The position numbers and the translations under genes were made by a program. Shown in pieces: positions 1-15,254 of a DNA stretch of 64,000 bases; position 1 is the first letter of the stretch; each line of letters opens with the position of its first letter. The DNA lies in the NCBI RefSeq assembly GCF_009914755.1, contig NC_060934.1. One strand, written 5' to 3'. Under the pieces are notes generated by a model. It was not told the DNA's origin, searched no databases, and saw only the letters and a list, made by a program, of their open reading frames with translations. This DNA comes from the human T2T-CHM13v2.0 reference genome, Homo sapiens.

Positions 1-132
1 TTAATTGGCTGGAGTGATGCCCAGGCATTGAAATTTCTTAAAAACTCTCCAGGTACCCACATAGAATGTATAACCAAAGCTAAGAATTTCTGTCATATCT
101 CTGTTCTTTGCTATCTTCTTTCCCTAGGTTCT

Positions 133-446
133 TTTTTAAAGTTTTATTTATTTTTTTATTCTTTGAGACAGGGTCCCACTTTGTCTCCCAGGCTGGAGTT
201 CAGTGACACGATCATGGCTTACTGCAGCCTTGACCTCCCAGGCTCTGGTGATCCTCCCACCTCAGTCTATCCAGTAGCTGGGACTACAGGCTTGTGCCAC
301 CATGTTCAACTAATTTTTGTATTTTTTGTAGAGACTGGGTTTCACCACCTTTTTCAAGCTGGTCTGGAAGTCCTGGTATCCAGTGATCCATGCGCCTTGG
401 CCTCCCAAAGTGCTGGGGTTACAGGTGCAAGTCACCACACCCAGCC
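133..446 (-). mobile_element. Alu (AluJ-like), full length
   Basis: Reverse Alu from T-rich tail through gagacagggt...cctcccaaagtgctggggttacagg...ccagcc; 12-bp TSD tccctaggttct at 121-132 and 447-458. Confidence 0.95.
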
Positions 447-2220
447 TCCCTAGGTTCTATAGCTAAGAAAGTTCTTTCCTCTTTTGGACTTGTTCCATAA
501 GTTTTCTTAAACCTTACATTTATCCCTATTAAGAGTCATCTTTTGACCCACTTTTTCAGATCTTGTTATGGTATTTTTGGCAGTCAATATATTTTCTGTC
601 TGCCTAGATTTGAGGGGATGACCACTGTGTCTGTTTTATCCTGGCCACTGACAAAAACAGTGGCTAGGTCAAGGCCCAAGACAGAACCCTCTGGCATGTT
701 TTTGTAAAGCTCCCTGTCATCTTTGGGTAAAATCACTCAACTATTTACCATTATTTCTCTTCCTTGCATTTCCCTATCTTTTCCATAAGAATATCAAGAG
801 TGATCATATTGAACATACATTAAAATTCTCTGATCTATCAGGTTAGTGGCCCTGTTGCAAAGGACAGTCTGATATAACTGTTCCATTTTATTCTCAATGG
901 TGAACATTTTACAATCTTGCTTAAAAAAAAAAACCCAAACCAAATAATTTTCCAGGAGATTTTTTTTTGAGACAGATAATAGATTTTCTTTACACTTTTC
1001 ATTTCTACTTTTTTTTGGAGCCTTAAATTTCATGAACAAATATAATAAAATCAGCTCAACTCTTTCTCCTCTAGAAAGATTTTTTTTTGTGTGTGGAGGA
1101 AGGGAGCTTTTTGTATATCATGCTCCAAGGGGAATGATGGCTACATTCCACCAAGAAGACATTTTTAACTCTCTGCTGAGGAGCTAAAAATGCTGTCTTC
1201 TTTGCCAAGAAATGTAATCCACTAAAACTATGAAATGGTCCAGAAACACTGAAAAGATTAGCATTGTTTCACACAGAGATTTCTCTCCACACTGTATGAA
1301 ACTTTGTGCCTTCTATGTGGGTACTATAGGTATATACAGTAAAGAAGAAACAGCTCTAAGTCTGCAGAGAGATAATAATGCCAGAGATAAGGGTGCTAAT
1401 CGGTGCTGTTGTCGCCATTCATTAGAACAACTTCTATCACAGAGCTAATCAAGAGGTGAGAAAAATGTTAAGTATTTATTCAGGAAAGAAAAATTATATG
1501 TATTAGATTATTGGTTTTCTTCTCATCTTTACATTTTTAACTATAAATACTTTTATGTTTTGCTTTAAAATGTGATGCTTCAAATTAACACATATCTTTT
1601 TCCTAAAAAATATTTTTTCTGAAAACAAGATAATAGTAGACAAAGTAATAACCTGCTATTTATTCCAAGATATCTGACATAATTGGTCAAAGATTCACAA
1701 AGCCTTGTCTGTGGACAGGGAGATAGGCTGTCTCTATAAGAACACTCTCTAACATCTTAAACATTACCTAACTAAAAGTGATCCACATGCAGAGAACCCC
1801 CGATGTAATGTGCTGAGAAACTACTGTTTGTCAAAGTGTTTCTGATTCTTTTCTTTAGCATACGAAGATGGAATATTTTTGCTCTATTTCTAGCTTTCAA
1901 AAATTATGTTTAGCTCTACTTGGTAACCCCCAATATACTGTCAAAGTGCCTCATGTCAAATATTCAACAACAAAATTATAACACAAATGTCACTTTTAAT
2001 TAGGTGCAATGTGTGGAACTAATTCTATGCTCATGATATTAAAAATGCGAAGTCACCCTAAAGCATCAAAAAATGCTCATAAAAACATTTCCTTAGCCTG
2101 CTGCATTCATTATCTAGAAATCAATGAGCCACACCCTTAGGCCTTCCAAAGCAAATGTTTCAGGACTCTATTTTCTAACTATGTTTCTGTGATAAACCAG
2201 ATTCTCATGAGAAGTTCCTG

Positions 2221-2536
2221 CTCCAAGCACAGTGGCTTACACCTGTAATCTCGGCACTTTGGGAGGACGAGGCAGGTGCAATCACTTGAGCCCAGGAGTT
2301 CGAGGCCAGCCTGGGCAACATGGTGAAAGCTGTCCCCACAAAAATTAGCTGGGCCTAGTGACACATGACTGTAGTCCCAGCTACTCAGGAGGCTGAGGTG
2401 GGAGGATCACCTGAACCTGAGAATTTGAGGCTGCAGTGAGCCATGATTGCCCCACTGCACTCCAGTCTCCAGCCTGGGTGACAGAGTGAGACCTAGTCAC
2501 CAAAAAAAAAAAAGAAAGAACAGAAAATAAAAGAGA
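2221..2536 (+). mobile_element. Alu (AluJ-like)
   Basis: tcacttgagcccaggagttcgaggccagcctgggcaacatgg, gaggctgcagtgagccatgattg, A-rich tail; TSD gagaagttc at 2209-2217 and 2537-2545. Confidence 0.93.
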
Positions 2537-3379
2537 GAGAAGTTCTTCATTTACTACTGAGACTTGTGTAGGAATTTTTAGATCCTACGTCAACTATAAA
2601 AATTCCCATGCACATTGCACAAAATTACAGATCAATATGTATGATTTCCAGTTGCCTGGAATAACATAAGTCCACATCTAAATGACCAGCAAAAATAAAT
2701 ATAGTCCTGATCAGTCATCATGTCTGTATCCATAGGGCAGGAAACTGTACAATTCAAAAGAAAGGAGAGACATTCCTCTTGAAGAGTTTTGGGAGGAAAT
2801 TAAACCAGAGTGAAATGAGTAAGAAAGTGTGACTAGAGGGATATTGAAAGGCTAGGTCACTCTGCCACTGAGGCCAAACATTGCAGGATTCTTCCCTTTG
2901 TTAGAAGCCAGGGACATCTTCTCAAATGATTTCCGAAATAAACTCAATAGTAAAACTTGACAGAATGCTTTACAGCAGTGTAAGAATTCCTAATAGGAAT
3001 AGTTTTCTTTTTCTTTTTTTTCTTTCTTTTTTTTTTTTTTTTTCAAAAAAAGAGGACTTAGGATGAAGAGTTAGGGTATTTCATTGGGAAAAGTCTAGCT
3101 ATTTGTGAAATTAAGCTCTTTTTCTGGCTATAGTAGAAACCAAATATTAAGTAGAGCTGGAACTACCCTAGAGATCATCTCATATGAGCCTTTATTTTAT
3201 AGAGGCATTAAGTAACAATTCAATGATTCACAGTTAGTTGGAGAGTTGGGAGCAGATTCTAGCCAAGAGCTCTTCCTCCTGCATCACACCATGGTCCTGC
3301 CACTCACTCTCTTCGTTTCTCTTGAACACTTCTATAATTATGTAAGAAACAACACATGGGTCTATTTATGAAAAACGGG

Positions 3380-3560
3380 TATAGAAAATAGATTATCACT
3401 GAACTGGTTTAAGTAGGGCCTTTGATAAAGAGGGCATAATTGTCTTCTAGTATCTGAAGGACTAGCTTCGGAGGAGGCAGTAGATTCATTTTCTTTCTCT
3501 TCAGTTAGAGTCCTGTGGCTCAAGATTTTGGATCAGGATAAGAGGTGTTTCTAATAATGA
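3380..3560 (+). mobile_element. L3/CR1-like LINE remnant
   Basis: ataattgtcttctagtatctgaagg...gtagattcattttc...caagattttggatcaggataagagg resembles the CR1/L3 3' region; highly diverged. Confidence 0.4.
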
Positions 3561-3692
3561 CAAGGAAAAGAAAGAGACATTTATTAAACCCTCACGATGC
3601 CAATAACGCCCTAATCACTTTACATGTTTGCCTTGTTTAATCTTCAGAACAATGGTGAAATAGGTTTTATTATTCCTATTGTAATGATATAA

Positions 3693-4347
3693 GAAGCCTC
3701 ATACACTGCTGGTAGGAATGTGTAGCTGCTTTGGAAAACAGTCTGGAAGACTCTCAAAAGGTTAAATATAGTTACTATTTGACCTAGCCATTCCACTCTA
3801 AGATATATACCCTCCAAAACTGAAAACACTGGTCCACACAAAACTTGTATATGAATCTTCCCAGCAGTAATTATTCATGGCGGGCAAAAAGTAGAAACAA
3901 CTGAAATGTCCTTCAGCTGATGAATAAACAACATGTATATATCTCAATGGAATATCACTCAGCCATTAAAAGAATGAAATACTGATGCATGCTACAACAT
4001 AGATGAACCTTGAAAACATTATGCTAAGTGAAGGAAGCCAGAAACTAAACACCACATAATGTATGATTTTGCTTATGTGAAATTTGCATAATAAGCAAAT
4101 GTGTAAAGTAAAAACATACATCACTAGTCACCTATAGGGCTGGGAAATGGAGGGGTTTCCAGGGTAATGGAGGGTGCCTGCTAATAGGAGTAGTGTTCTT
4201 TTTGGGGGATGAAAAAGCTCTGGAATTAGATAGTAGTGACGGTGACACAACTCTGTAAACATACTAAAAACCACTGAATTGTATATTTTAAATGAGTCAA
4301 ATGTATGGTATGTAAATTATATCTCAGTAAAGCTATTAAAAAGAAAA
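3693..4347 (+). mobile_element. Old L1 (L1MB/L1MC-type) 3' end
   Basis: ctcatacactgctggtaggaatg, gacctagccattccactc, gatgaaccttgaaaacattatgctaagtgaaggaagccag, ggggatgaaaaagctctggaattagatagtagtg, ends in aaagctattaaaaag. Confidence 0.88.
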
Positions 4348-5225
4348 TATGGAGAGTGAAACTCAGGAAATATATGCAATTCATTCAAGATTAAAAATTT
4401 ATTGGCTGACTCAAAATGCAATTACTTGGCAATTTAATACATTATCAGCTTACTACCCTTATGAAACAGAAAATGAACAAACTTTCATAGGAGAAAAGAG
4501 CAAACTCAAACATTTTCACGTAGCCACTGCTTAGGCTTCAACACAGCAATTCATTAACATATAGTTGCTCTTCCACTCCCCATACTGCCACTCTAGAAGT
4601 TTCATTTCATTTTGATAATAAAATTATTCCACCAACGCTTATATCCTAATCCTGAACACATCTTTAGCAGGATGTGGGAGGTATCAGATTTTTAAAGAAG
4701 TAAGGCTCCATTCTTTACAGAAGGTTTTTGAAAAACTGGCAAACAGGTTTACGTTTATGATATTTAAATATCAAAATTGTTAATAGAGGCATATTTAGCC
4801 ACAGGCTGGCACTATTAATCTTTTATGAAAACATCTTTCACCTAAATATTCACAAGTAACATTTAAAATACATCCTTTTTTTATAATTAAAGAGCAAAAA
4901 TTATTCAATTATTTTATATTATTCTTTTCGAACTAAAAAATATTTCCCAGTAAATCATGTGAAGTATGTACTTAAACTATTTTTTCAGAGAAGAACAGGT
5001 AATAAAAGAAAAAGGAAAACAGTTTAAGCAAACAAACTCGATTTATTCCTTGGAAATTTTATAGACTGTTTATGAATACATAAGTTGGAGAAACCTAATA
5101 AATACGGAGCTGCAAGTCATTGAAAGGCAAAGTAACTGAACTTACATAAACACAATGTGAAATTACTGAGACAAAGTTAAATTTAATATTTCAAGATAAA
5201 ATGGAAAAAACATATAAAAACTTTT

Positions 5226-5519
<294 letters not shown>

Positions 5520-5854
5520 TAAAAACTTTTCAAAAATATGTAATTTAGCACCATACATGCTTGAAGTGTGTATTGTCTATAAATGTGTGAAGAAATTATG
5601 AATTAAGTAAAAATGTGGAGAAGCTCTCATTTGTGAATTTTGAGTATCAAATTTCTGAAAGAAAAAGGAACAGCAATAATTAGGCTGTACTCATATTTAA
5701 GTATGGGTGTCTGATATTCTACAAATCTACAATTTTCAAGTAAAATAGCAAAATCACATTTTACATACTGGACTCTCTCTCCTCCTATTCCAACCAAAAT
5801 TTTTCCCTGACCAATCTCTTGTTTACCATGATTACTGATTCATACACAAGGATA

Positions 5855-6040
5855 TTCTAGCCTGGTTTCCAGTCCCAGCTCTGTCATTTACTAGATGGGT
5901 GAACTTTGGCAGATTTTGCTTTAAAATGCAGCTTTAAAATAAAGACAACATTAAGGTGAGAATAAATGAGATGATGGAATGAAAGAACTTCAGCATAATA
6001 TATTATATCACTCAATATACACTGGTTATTGTGATTTGTT
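5855..6040 (+). mobile_element. MIR remnant
   Basis: cctggtttccagtcccagctctgtcatttactagatgggtgaactttggcag...gtgagaataaatgagatgatg. Confidence 0.65.
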
Positions 6041-6129
6041 ATTGCACACCATGCATTAATAAAAGATAGGGCTAAAATGAAATACTGAGACAGACTTGTC
6101 TTTTTAATATTCTAATATTTCTTTGCGGT

Positions 6130-6228
6130 CATATACAAAGTGGTGTGTGCATGTATGTGTGTGTGTATATATACACACATGTATATATGAGAAGTATATA
6201 TAGGACCACTATATATATACCACTTTTA

Positions 6229-6275
<47 letters not shown>

Positions 6276-8279
6276 ACTTTTAGTGTATATATATATATAT
6301 ATATATACCACTTTTAGTATATATATATATATATATATACCACTTTTAGTATATATATATATACCACTTTTAGTATATATATATATACCACTTTTAGTAT
6401 ATATGTGTGTGTGTATATATATATATACACCACTTTTAGTGTATATATATATACCACTTTTAGTGCATATATATATGTATACCACTTTTAGTGTGTGTAT
6501 ATATATATATATACCACTTTTAGTGTGTGTATATATATATATATATACCACTTTTAGTGTATATATATATATACCACTTTTAGTGTGTATATATATATAC
6601 CACTTTTAGTGTGTATATATATATATATACATATACCACTTTTAGTGTGTATATATATATACATATACCACTTTTAGTGTATATATATACATATACCACT
6701 TTTAGTGTATATATATATACCACTTTTAGTGTATATATATATATATATACCACTTTTAGTGTATATATATATATATACCACTTTTAGTGTATATATATAT
6801 ATACCACTTTTAGTGTATATATATATATATATACCACTTTTAGTGTATATATATATATATACCACTTTTAGTGTATATATATATATATACCACTTTTAGT
6901 GTATATATATATATATATACCACTTTTAGTGTATATATATATATATATACCACTTTTAGTGTATATATATATATACCACTTTTAGTGTATATATATATAT
7001 ACCACTTTTAGTGTATATATATATATATACCACTTTTAGTGTATATATATATATACCACTTTTAGTGTATATATATATATACCACTTTTAGTGTATATAT
7101 ATATATATATACCACTTTTAGTGTATATATATATGCCACTTTTAGTGTGTATATATATATATATACATATACCACTTTTAGTGTATATATATACATATAC
7201 CACTTTTAGTGTATATATATATATATATATACCACTTTTAGTGTATATATATATATATATATACCACTTTTAGAGTATATATATATATATATATATATAC
7301 CACTTTTAGTGTATATATATATATACCACTTTTAGTGTATATATATATATACCACTTTTAGTGGTATATATATATATACCACTTTTAGTGGTATATATAT
7401 ATATACCACTTTTAGTGGTATATATATATATATACCACTTTTAGTGTATATATATATATACCACTTTTAGTGTATATATATATATACCACTTTTAGTGTA
7501 TATATATATATACCACTTTTAGTGTATATATATATATATATACCACTTTTAGTGTATATATATATACCACTTTTAGTGTATATATATATATATATACCAC
7601 TTTTAGTGTATATATATATATATACCACTTTTAGTGTATATATATATATATATATACCACTTTTAGTGTATATATATATATATATACCACTTTTAGTGGT
7701 ATATATATATATATATACCACTTTTAGTGGTATATATATATATATACACCACTTTTAGTGGTATATATATATATATATACCACTTTTAGTGTATATATAT
7801 ATATATACCACTTTTAGTGTGTATATATATATATATACACCACTTTTAGTGTGTATATATATATATACACCACTTTTAGTGTATATATATATATATATAC
7901 ACACACACCACTTTTAATGTATATATATATACACATACACACACACACAGTGCTTTTTAGTATATACTATATATATATAGTGGTGTGTGTGTATGTATAT
8001 ATATATATATGGTGGTATATATATATATATATATGGTGGTATATATATATATATATATGGTGGTATATATATATATATGGTGGTATATATATATATGGTG
8101 GTATATATATATATATATATGGTGGTATATATATATATATGGTGGTATATATATATATGGTGGTATATATATATATATATGGTGGTATATATATATATAT
8201 ATATGGTGGTATATATATATATATATGGTGGTATATATATATATATATATATGGTGGTATATATATATATATATATGGT

Positions 8280-8316
<37 letters not shown>

Positions 8317-8341
8317 GTATATATATATAGTGGTCCTATAT
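6130..8341. repeat. Compound AT-rich minisatellite: [CCACTTTTAGTG(TA)n] array (roughly 60 units), then a [GGTGG(TA)n] array (about 13 units)
   Basis: Directly visible; unit length varies with the (TA)n spacer; source of all YI-repeat ORFs in the track. Confidence 0.98.
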
Positions 8342-11300
8342 GCCATTTTTTATCTCACACTGAACATGTGCTGAATATAATATTTCTCTTCCAATTGTAA
8401 ACTTTTACTAACATTAAAGACTGGCTATCAACACATTATCAATTAGTCACATCCTTTCATTTATCAGATTGGAAAATGAATCCGTGCCAATGAAACCCAT
8501 TCTCTCACCAAATTGACTGTGCCTCACATATGGAACTGTGGTCTCATGGACATCAAGCTTTACAAGTTAATTGAATGGTCAAAGATAACTTCTATAATAA
8601 TCTATTTATCTGTGTGTAATTTCATTCCCCAACTTTAGACTTAGTGATAGAGAAAACAGGGAGCAGAATCGGAGTTGAATAGTTTTCCTCTTATAGATGG
8701 GAAAATATTTACAATAATCTTCCGTGTCAGTCTACAAAGTTTTTCGGCTTTCCTTGGTTTCCAGCTAGTCGAATCAGAAAAATCACAGAAATGGTGGGAT
8801 ATGAAGCATTTGAGCATTGAAGAACTTACAATATCACAGGGGAAATGTGTATTTTACAGCTCTTTGTTGTTATTTTAGTTGGATAGAAATTCGTCATTTT
8901 GGGTAACTGTGTGGGCCTCAGCTGTTCAATTGCACAACTACACATTAGGGGAGCTATGCTTGGTAAATTAAGTTAGATAACCATGACAATAAATAAACCA
9001 CAATGATTTCTTGCAAGTCAACATTTTCTGCCATCATGCAGTACTTTGCATTTTCCAATAATATCAATGCGGTATTATGTTTAAGCAATTTTATACTATT
9101 TTTTGAAACAAAAAAAGCCCTAGCAATTCACTGTCTCCTAGTACAAAAATAGAGAATGTCAGAATTCGTTGACTTGAGTAGAAGAAATACACATTTGAGG
9201 TGGTTCAGATATCAGGCTGTTGGAGGACAATCACCCCCGTGGCTGGTCAGTGATAGGCACAGGATAGACGCTGATGTTGACTTTGGTAACAATACCCAAA
9301 GCCCCGCTCTTACTGCAACCCTTCCAGAAAAGAGGACAACAAAGAACCACACAGACCAATAGTTGGGAGTGGGAGGAAATGGAATAGCACAGAGTAGAGA
9401 GGTAATCTAATAAAGAAGCCAAAGAATAAAAAACAAACAAACAAAAAACAAGTATAAAATAATAACGTTTACAGAGAGAACAAAACTTGAAATAAGTGCA
9501 GTTAATAAAATTAAAAGCAGTCATCCTTTCCCACATCCCCCAAACAAACCCTTTTTCTCATATTTTTCCCTGACTTGCAATCCTCTGACTTTCTAGGATA
9601 TGTCTTTTATCTCCCCTGGTGCCCTTATTATTTCTTCACAGCACTGATTTTTAAAAACCACATTGAAACAATATCAATATTAGCACTGCTCTAGCCTTTT
9701 GACATGTGTTGTCTCATTTGACATTTACAAAAAAGACCCCAAATCACACCATACAGATAATTTACACTGACAAAAAATAGTAATAAATGCAATTAGTTTG
9801 AAATTCCAAACAATACAGAAAAATACAAAAAGCAAATTACAAGCCAATTGGTCCCTATCTTCAAGGAAAACAAAGCCAAGAGTTCTTGCGCATAGTCCCA
9901 GAAAACAAACAAACAAAAACGTATATACACAGATATACAGTGTGTATGTGTCTGTGTGTATTACCTTTTTGTTACTGTTATTACTTTTAAGAAGATATTC
10001 TGCATAAACCAGTTGGTATCATTTTTCCAGTTACTGGTATACAGTATACTGGTCTATGCTGAAGATCTTCCCATGCAGATATATTTACACTTATTAATGG
10101 CTGCCTGGTATTCAGTTGCATGGATGTACCAACAGTCATTTGTTGAATGCCTTATAGGAAGACAAAGATGCAATGATGATTCTTATACATTATCATGAGG
10201 GCTTGTTTTTATGAGGATATCTACTGGATACATTCATAGCAGTGAAATTGTTTGATCAAACACTATATACCTTGTGACAATTGAAAAATATTGCCAAATT
10301 GCCTTTCAAGAATAACATTTTAAAACCCCCATCATTATTATAAGAAATTAATAATTTTTTACCTTAGATACATCAAAATACTTTTTACCCAAGGCCTGAC
10401 AACAAAATTCTATACTAAAATGCTAAACAGGACTGGAAAACATACATGCATCAAAGGAACAAGCTGAGATGAAAATGTGCTTTCATTCAATGGAGCTGCC
10501 ACTAGATACTGGAGCTTTCCTATACCGCAAATAAAGGCCCTAGAGAGAAGAGTTACAAAAAGGAGCCAAAAGCAGATTAATAATAATATTAATATTTGAT
10601 AAGGAGTCATTATCAGTGAAAGCCCTTGTATGCTCAGAATTTATTTCGGGGAAATTTAATAGAAAAAGTTTTAGAGAAGGAGAACTTAGATCTTATCAGA
10701 TAGAGTGGCTCTAATTTAGCATTTCAAGTGAAGCTTATGACAAATGTCAAGTAAGACTTGGAAATAAAGATTTTCAGAAGTTCAAGGCAAAGACTAATTG
10801 AATGATCTGCAAGCAGACATACATACGTGGTTAAGCACCACTGCAATCCTCTTTGCAATTACCTAGCAGTGCTGAAATCTCAGGATAGCACTTTGGTATC
10901 AATAGTCCTCATGCTATTATTTGAGACTAACTCAAGGTCAGAAAAAAAATCCCTTGATAATTTATATCATCACATAGATTTCCAGTAACAATTCAACCTT
11001 CAGCCAAGAACTAAGCCATCACAAAACACTGTAGTGCTAAATAATTTACTGTATTCATTAGGAGAATTCAGGGGCATCTTAATGTGTTCGGATAAAGGTT
11101 TCTGTGATTAGAAAAGTTCTGGAAATGCTTGATTTAATAAAGCTGAATAGAGTTGGGTTTTTGTTTAGTTTTCTTTTTCAGCTATGGGACTTCTCAGAGC
11201 TCTATTTCAGAGAGTGAGATATAGTTGCAGCATTTTATAAACTTATCAGAACAATGAATTCTTTTCCTCTTAAAATAATTCATGTATGTCTTAAGAAGCA

Positions 11301-12480
11301 ACATTGTTACTTTGTCAACAGAGACTGGGTCAGGCAACAGCAACCGCACAAGCATTAAGGATAGGATTATGTCCTACTCCATCCCTACTGCTCACACATT
11401 TCTTGACACATGGTAGAAATTGACTGAATATCAGGTGAATGAACAACTTATCATAATAAAGAAAAACTGAGATTTTAAACTTATACAACATTTGTAAAAT
11501 CATAGCATTCATTGCCTATGACAGCATCCTCTTCTTCATGGAGCTCAAAGATTCAGGAAAACAACCTGAAACACCTGATAACAAGGGCAGCAACCTACAG
11601 TTCCCCCGTCCTTCCCCACAGGCAGCTCTAAGGTAGGAATTATTTCATGCATAAGTAACAGAACACACACTTGAGAGTATTTTGAGCACAACTGAAGAAT
11701 ATTTCATGACATCAAAGAATGTGCACAGAATATCAAATAAAAAAAGATACAAACCTGAATATAAAACATGATTCCAATTTCGTAATATCCACAGACATGT
11801 CTATAGACACCCACAGACATTCACACTCATGTATTTAAATAGAAAAAATTCTGAAAGGAAATGCCTAAAAATATGTTAATAGTGATTTTTGTCTGAGTGA
11901 TGGATTACCATTGTTTTTTCTTTGTATTTCTATTTTCTAAAAGTTTACAAATAACATCAAGAACTTACATTTATTCATTTTATAAAGAAAATCCAGGATA
12001 TAAATCTATTTCCTAATGCTTCAGAAACTTCCAGATGCCTAAGTATTCTTTGTCTTAGGAATTACATTCTATATTCAAATGCAAGAGTATAAGTCAGGAT
12101 TTTACATTCACTAAGATGATCAGAAGACATAAACAAGGCAATAATGCGCATCTCAAATGTGATCCTATCATGAAGATAATAAGAAGATGAGTATGAAGGA
12201 CCCCTTAAGAAAAGGACAACTTTCCTATCCTGTTCATTTAGGAGCACTAGGTAATGCAATTCACTGAATGAATGACTAACGTGACTTCTCAACCTCAATA
12301 GGCTTGGGGTGAGGAGATTGAAGCATAAAAACCCAAGGGCAAATGTGGACATCTTCCTAGAGCGCTGGTTTAACTTAGGGAGGGTGAATGGTAATATGAC
12401 TTGGCAAATTACCCTTCTATGAAAACAATGACATATGACAGAGTGGAATGCAATGTTTACATGAACTTTTTGAATAAACA

Positions 12481-12851
<371 letters not shown>

Positions 12852-15254
12852 TCAGCAGTTTTTCAAAAAGTCCAGGTAGTGCAGGAAAGGGACAGGAATA
12901 CATACTTACAGAGAATGGACATGCTCAAACTTTATGGAGACAGTGCTTCCACGCACAGGCAAACTTAGAGATCTTTATGGCATTCTAATGCCAGAGGGCA
13001 GGACCAACATTCTTTAGATCACTGAAGTCACTCTGAAGAGAAGGCTGCCAAGAAGAGGGAAAGGATGAAAGATGCCTCCGCCTCTCTCTGAAAATGGGGG
13101 TCAGTGATAGGAACAATGGGTTGAATCAAAGGAAAAACAAATTTCCCAGCTTATATTAAAAACTTAAAAAAGATGTGCAATAAAACAGTTAAGATTGGGT
13201 GATTTTAAGATCTGTGATTTCATACTTCGGCCTCTAGCAATTGTGGCCTTTCAAATAGTAATCACACCTGAGTTTTTCTTTTGGCTAAGAATAAGACTGA
13301 ATAAGAGTTTCTGTAGCATTTAGGGTGTTTTCCAGTATGAATTTAAAACCTAATTATTACATATGCAAGTCTATTTGTTTTTTAAATATTCCATACTCAT
13401 TTTGAAAACAGCACACATCTCTGTGTGTGTGTGTGTATTCACAGAAAAAAGTATAGAAGAATATATACTACTATGTGATTAGTAGTTATTTCTAAGTAGT
13501 GGGAATGTAGGAGATTTTTATCTTCTTCATTATGCTTTTCTGCATTTAAATTTTTTCTGCAACATTTTTATATTTTAAAATATCTAAAAGAGAAATTGTT
13601 TATCATCTATATAATATAAATGTTATCTTGTTAACCCCAAACCTTTAGTCTTACCTATTGAAATGTGTGTCATTCAGGAGCTACCATTCACATCCAATCA
13701 GAAATTTAAATAAAATTTATAAAACTTGCTGGCAGCACTGAAAGTAGCACATTCATTTGAAGGATTTGGAAGGACTAACACACATATGCCACTATATAGT
13801 AATGCTGAATGAAAACAAAGCAATGATATGAATCTCAACTTTTTTATAAAAGCAAATGGATCATACCGATAGCCATCTATGACCATAATCCTTATCAGAA
13901 AAATACACGTCAACTATGACAGAAAAAGTTTTACCATCTCCCCATTTTATATAAATCTGAGTTGAAAATGATTATACTGTAACTATAGTTACTGATCATA
14001 GACAAGTGTTGCATTTCCTGTTCACTACTGTTCCTTGCGTCCATAAATTTTGGCTTCTGTTTGTCACATCAGCTCTATAGACATGTTTTAGTCCTATTTC
14101 AGAGCTGACAATAGAAGTCTGATTTTACCCATGTGGGAGAAAAAGCATCTCTAGATCTGTATTATACACAATTTTTCCTACCCCAAACAAAAGCATCTGA
14201 ACAAAAACCTGTTTTGTAAAGAAAAGCCAAATAGTTTAATTTTGAAACAGTCTATCAGATCAGGAAACAAAACCCAGTTATAAAATTTAGAGGGATTTTT
14301 TTTTCTCCTCAAAGAAGAGAACATATTACTAAGTGATAATTATTCCCACTACCTACTGGTATATCTTCACTAACTAGAGAGCCCTTCTCAAAGACTCTGG
14401 CCATATCCCACCAGCCTGTCTGGACACATTTCCACTGGTCTCATGGGACGGAGTCGCTTTCGAAAAAATCTGGTTCTGAAGCAGCCAAGATACACCAAAG
14501 ACACACACCATGCTGATAGATATATTCCAACTCCACCTAAAGCAGCGCTTTAAAAGTAAGGGTTTATAATCCCAAAAAGATCATCTCTAACCAATGTACA
14601 AAAAAGAAAACAACTGAAAGAGAAATCTTGGTTAAATCAAAACAACAGGACTTAGCAGAAACCTCTATGTTTTATTGTTGTTGTTTTAATAATATTTTGT
14701 CTTCAACATTGAAGCCAGGAGCTAAGAGAAATGAAGTCATACCTACATGTTTGTTATGAATCTGGTAACTGGGATCTCAGAATAAAATAACAAATAAAGT
14801 ATTTTTAAGAAGACTTTAATGGAGGAAAAGAGAACAATGAAGTTCCAAATTTTTTCTCCAAAATCATGTTCATAATGAAGGAGTTAATAAAGTTGAAGGA
14901 ACAAAAGGAGGAGCCTTTAGACATATCAAATGCTCGAAATATGGCAGCCCACATGTGACTTGATGATGTAAATTGTATAGAGGATAAACAATAATATAAT
15001 TTCTGTAGGCACAGCACATTATAACATCCTTTTTTAAGTGATTTTAACTTGTTTGCCTTGGTTACCTAAGAGAACGATCAGGAAATAACGAAAAGTAGGT
15101 AGAAACTATTTTCTTTCAGCTAACAAAGAGCTTCATAGAAAACTATAAGCTCCTACTCTGCTATTTTAAACTACATTATGCAATGCCAAAAATTATATGT
15201 AGGCACTAACCATATGTTTTTGATAAAGTTTAAGGGGGCAACTTCCAAAATGTA

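Noticed and set aside
28-453. 141-aa ORF, and similar ORFs at 5404, 12557, 21165, 25002, 31172, 31544, 35563, 40095, 49147, 55155 and 55549
   Set aside because: Typical Alu-derived peptides ([19 protein letters not shown]); not genes
6129-8400. Many YI/IY-repeat ORFs up to 159 aa, and a superficial CRISPR-like repeat pattern
   Set aside because: Translations of the (TA)n minisatellite; spacers are only (TA)n rather than unique sequence, and the DNA is primate
9150-9360. Exon-like unique segment (minus-strand pyrimidine tract then GCSKSGALGIVTKVNISVYPVPITDQPRG*)
   Set aside because: Weak GAAG acceptor, no convincing donor, peptide not recognised
13645-13680. AG|GTAAG juxtaposition on the minus strand (acacatttcaatag|gtaaga)
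   Set aside because: Polypyrimidine tract too weak and no clear downstream donor, unlike the 47241 site
14352-14550. Exon-like CpG-containing segment (gctttag|GTGGAG...ACCA|gtaggt on the minus strand)
   Set aside because: Poor pyrimidine tract, stops in all three frames, moderate donor; cannot support without RNA data
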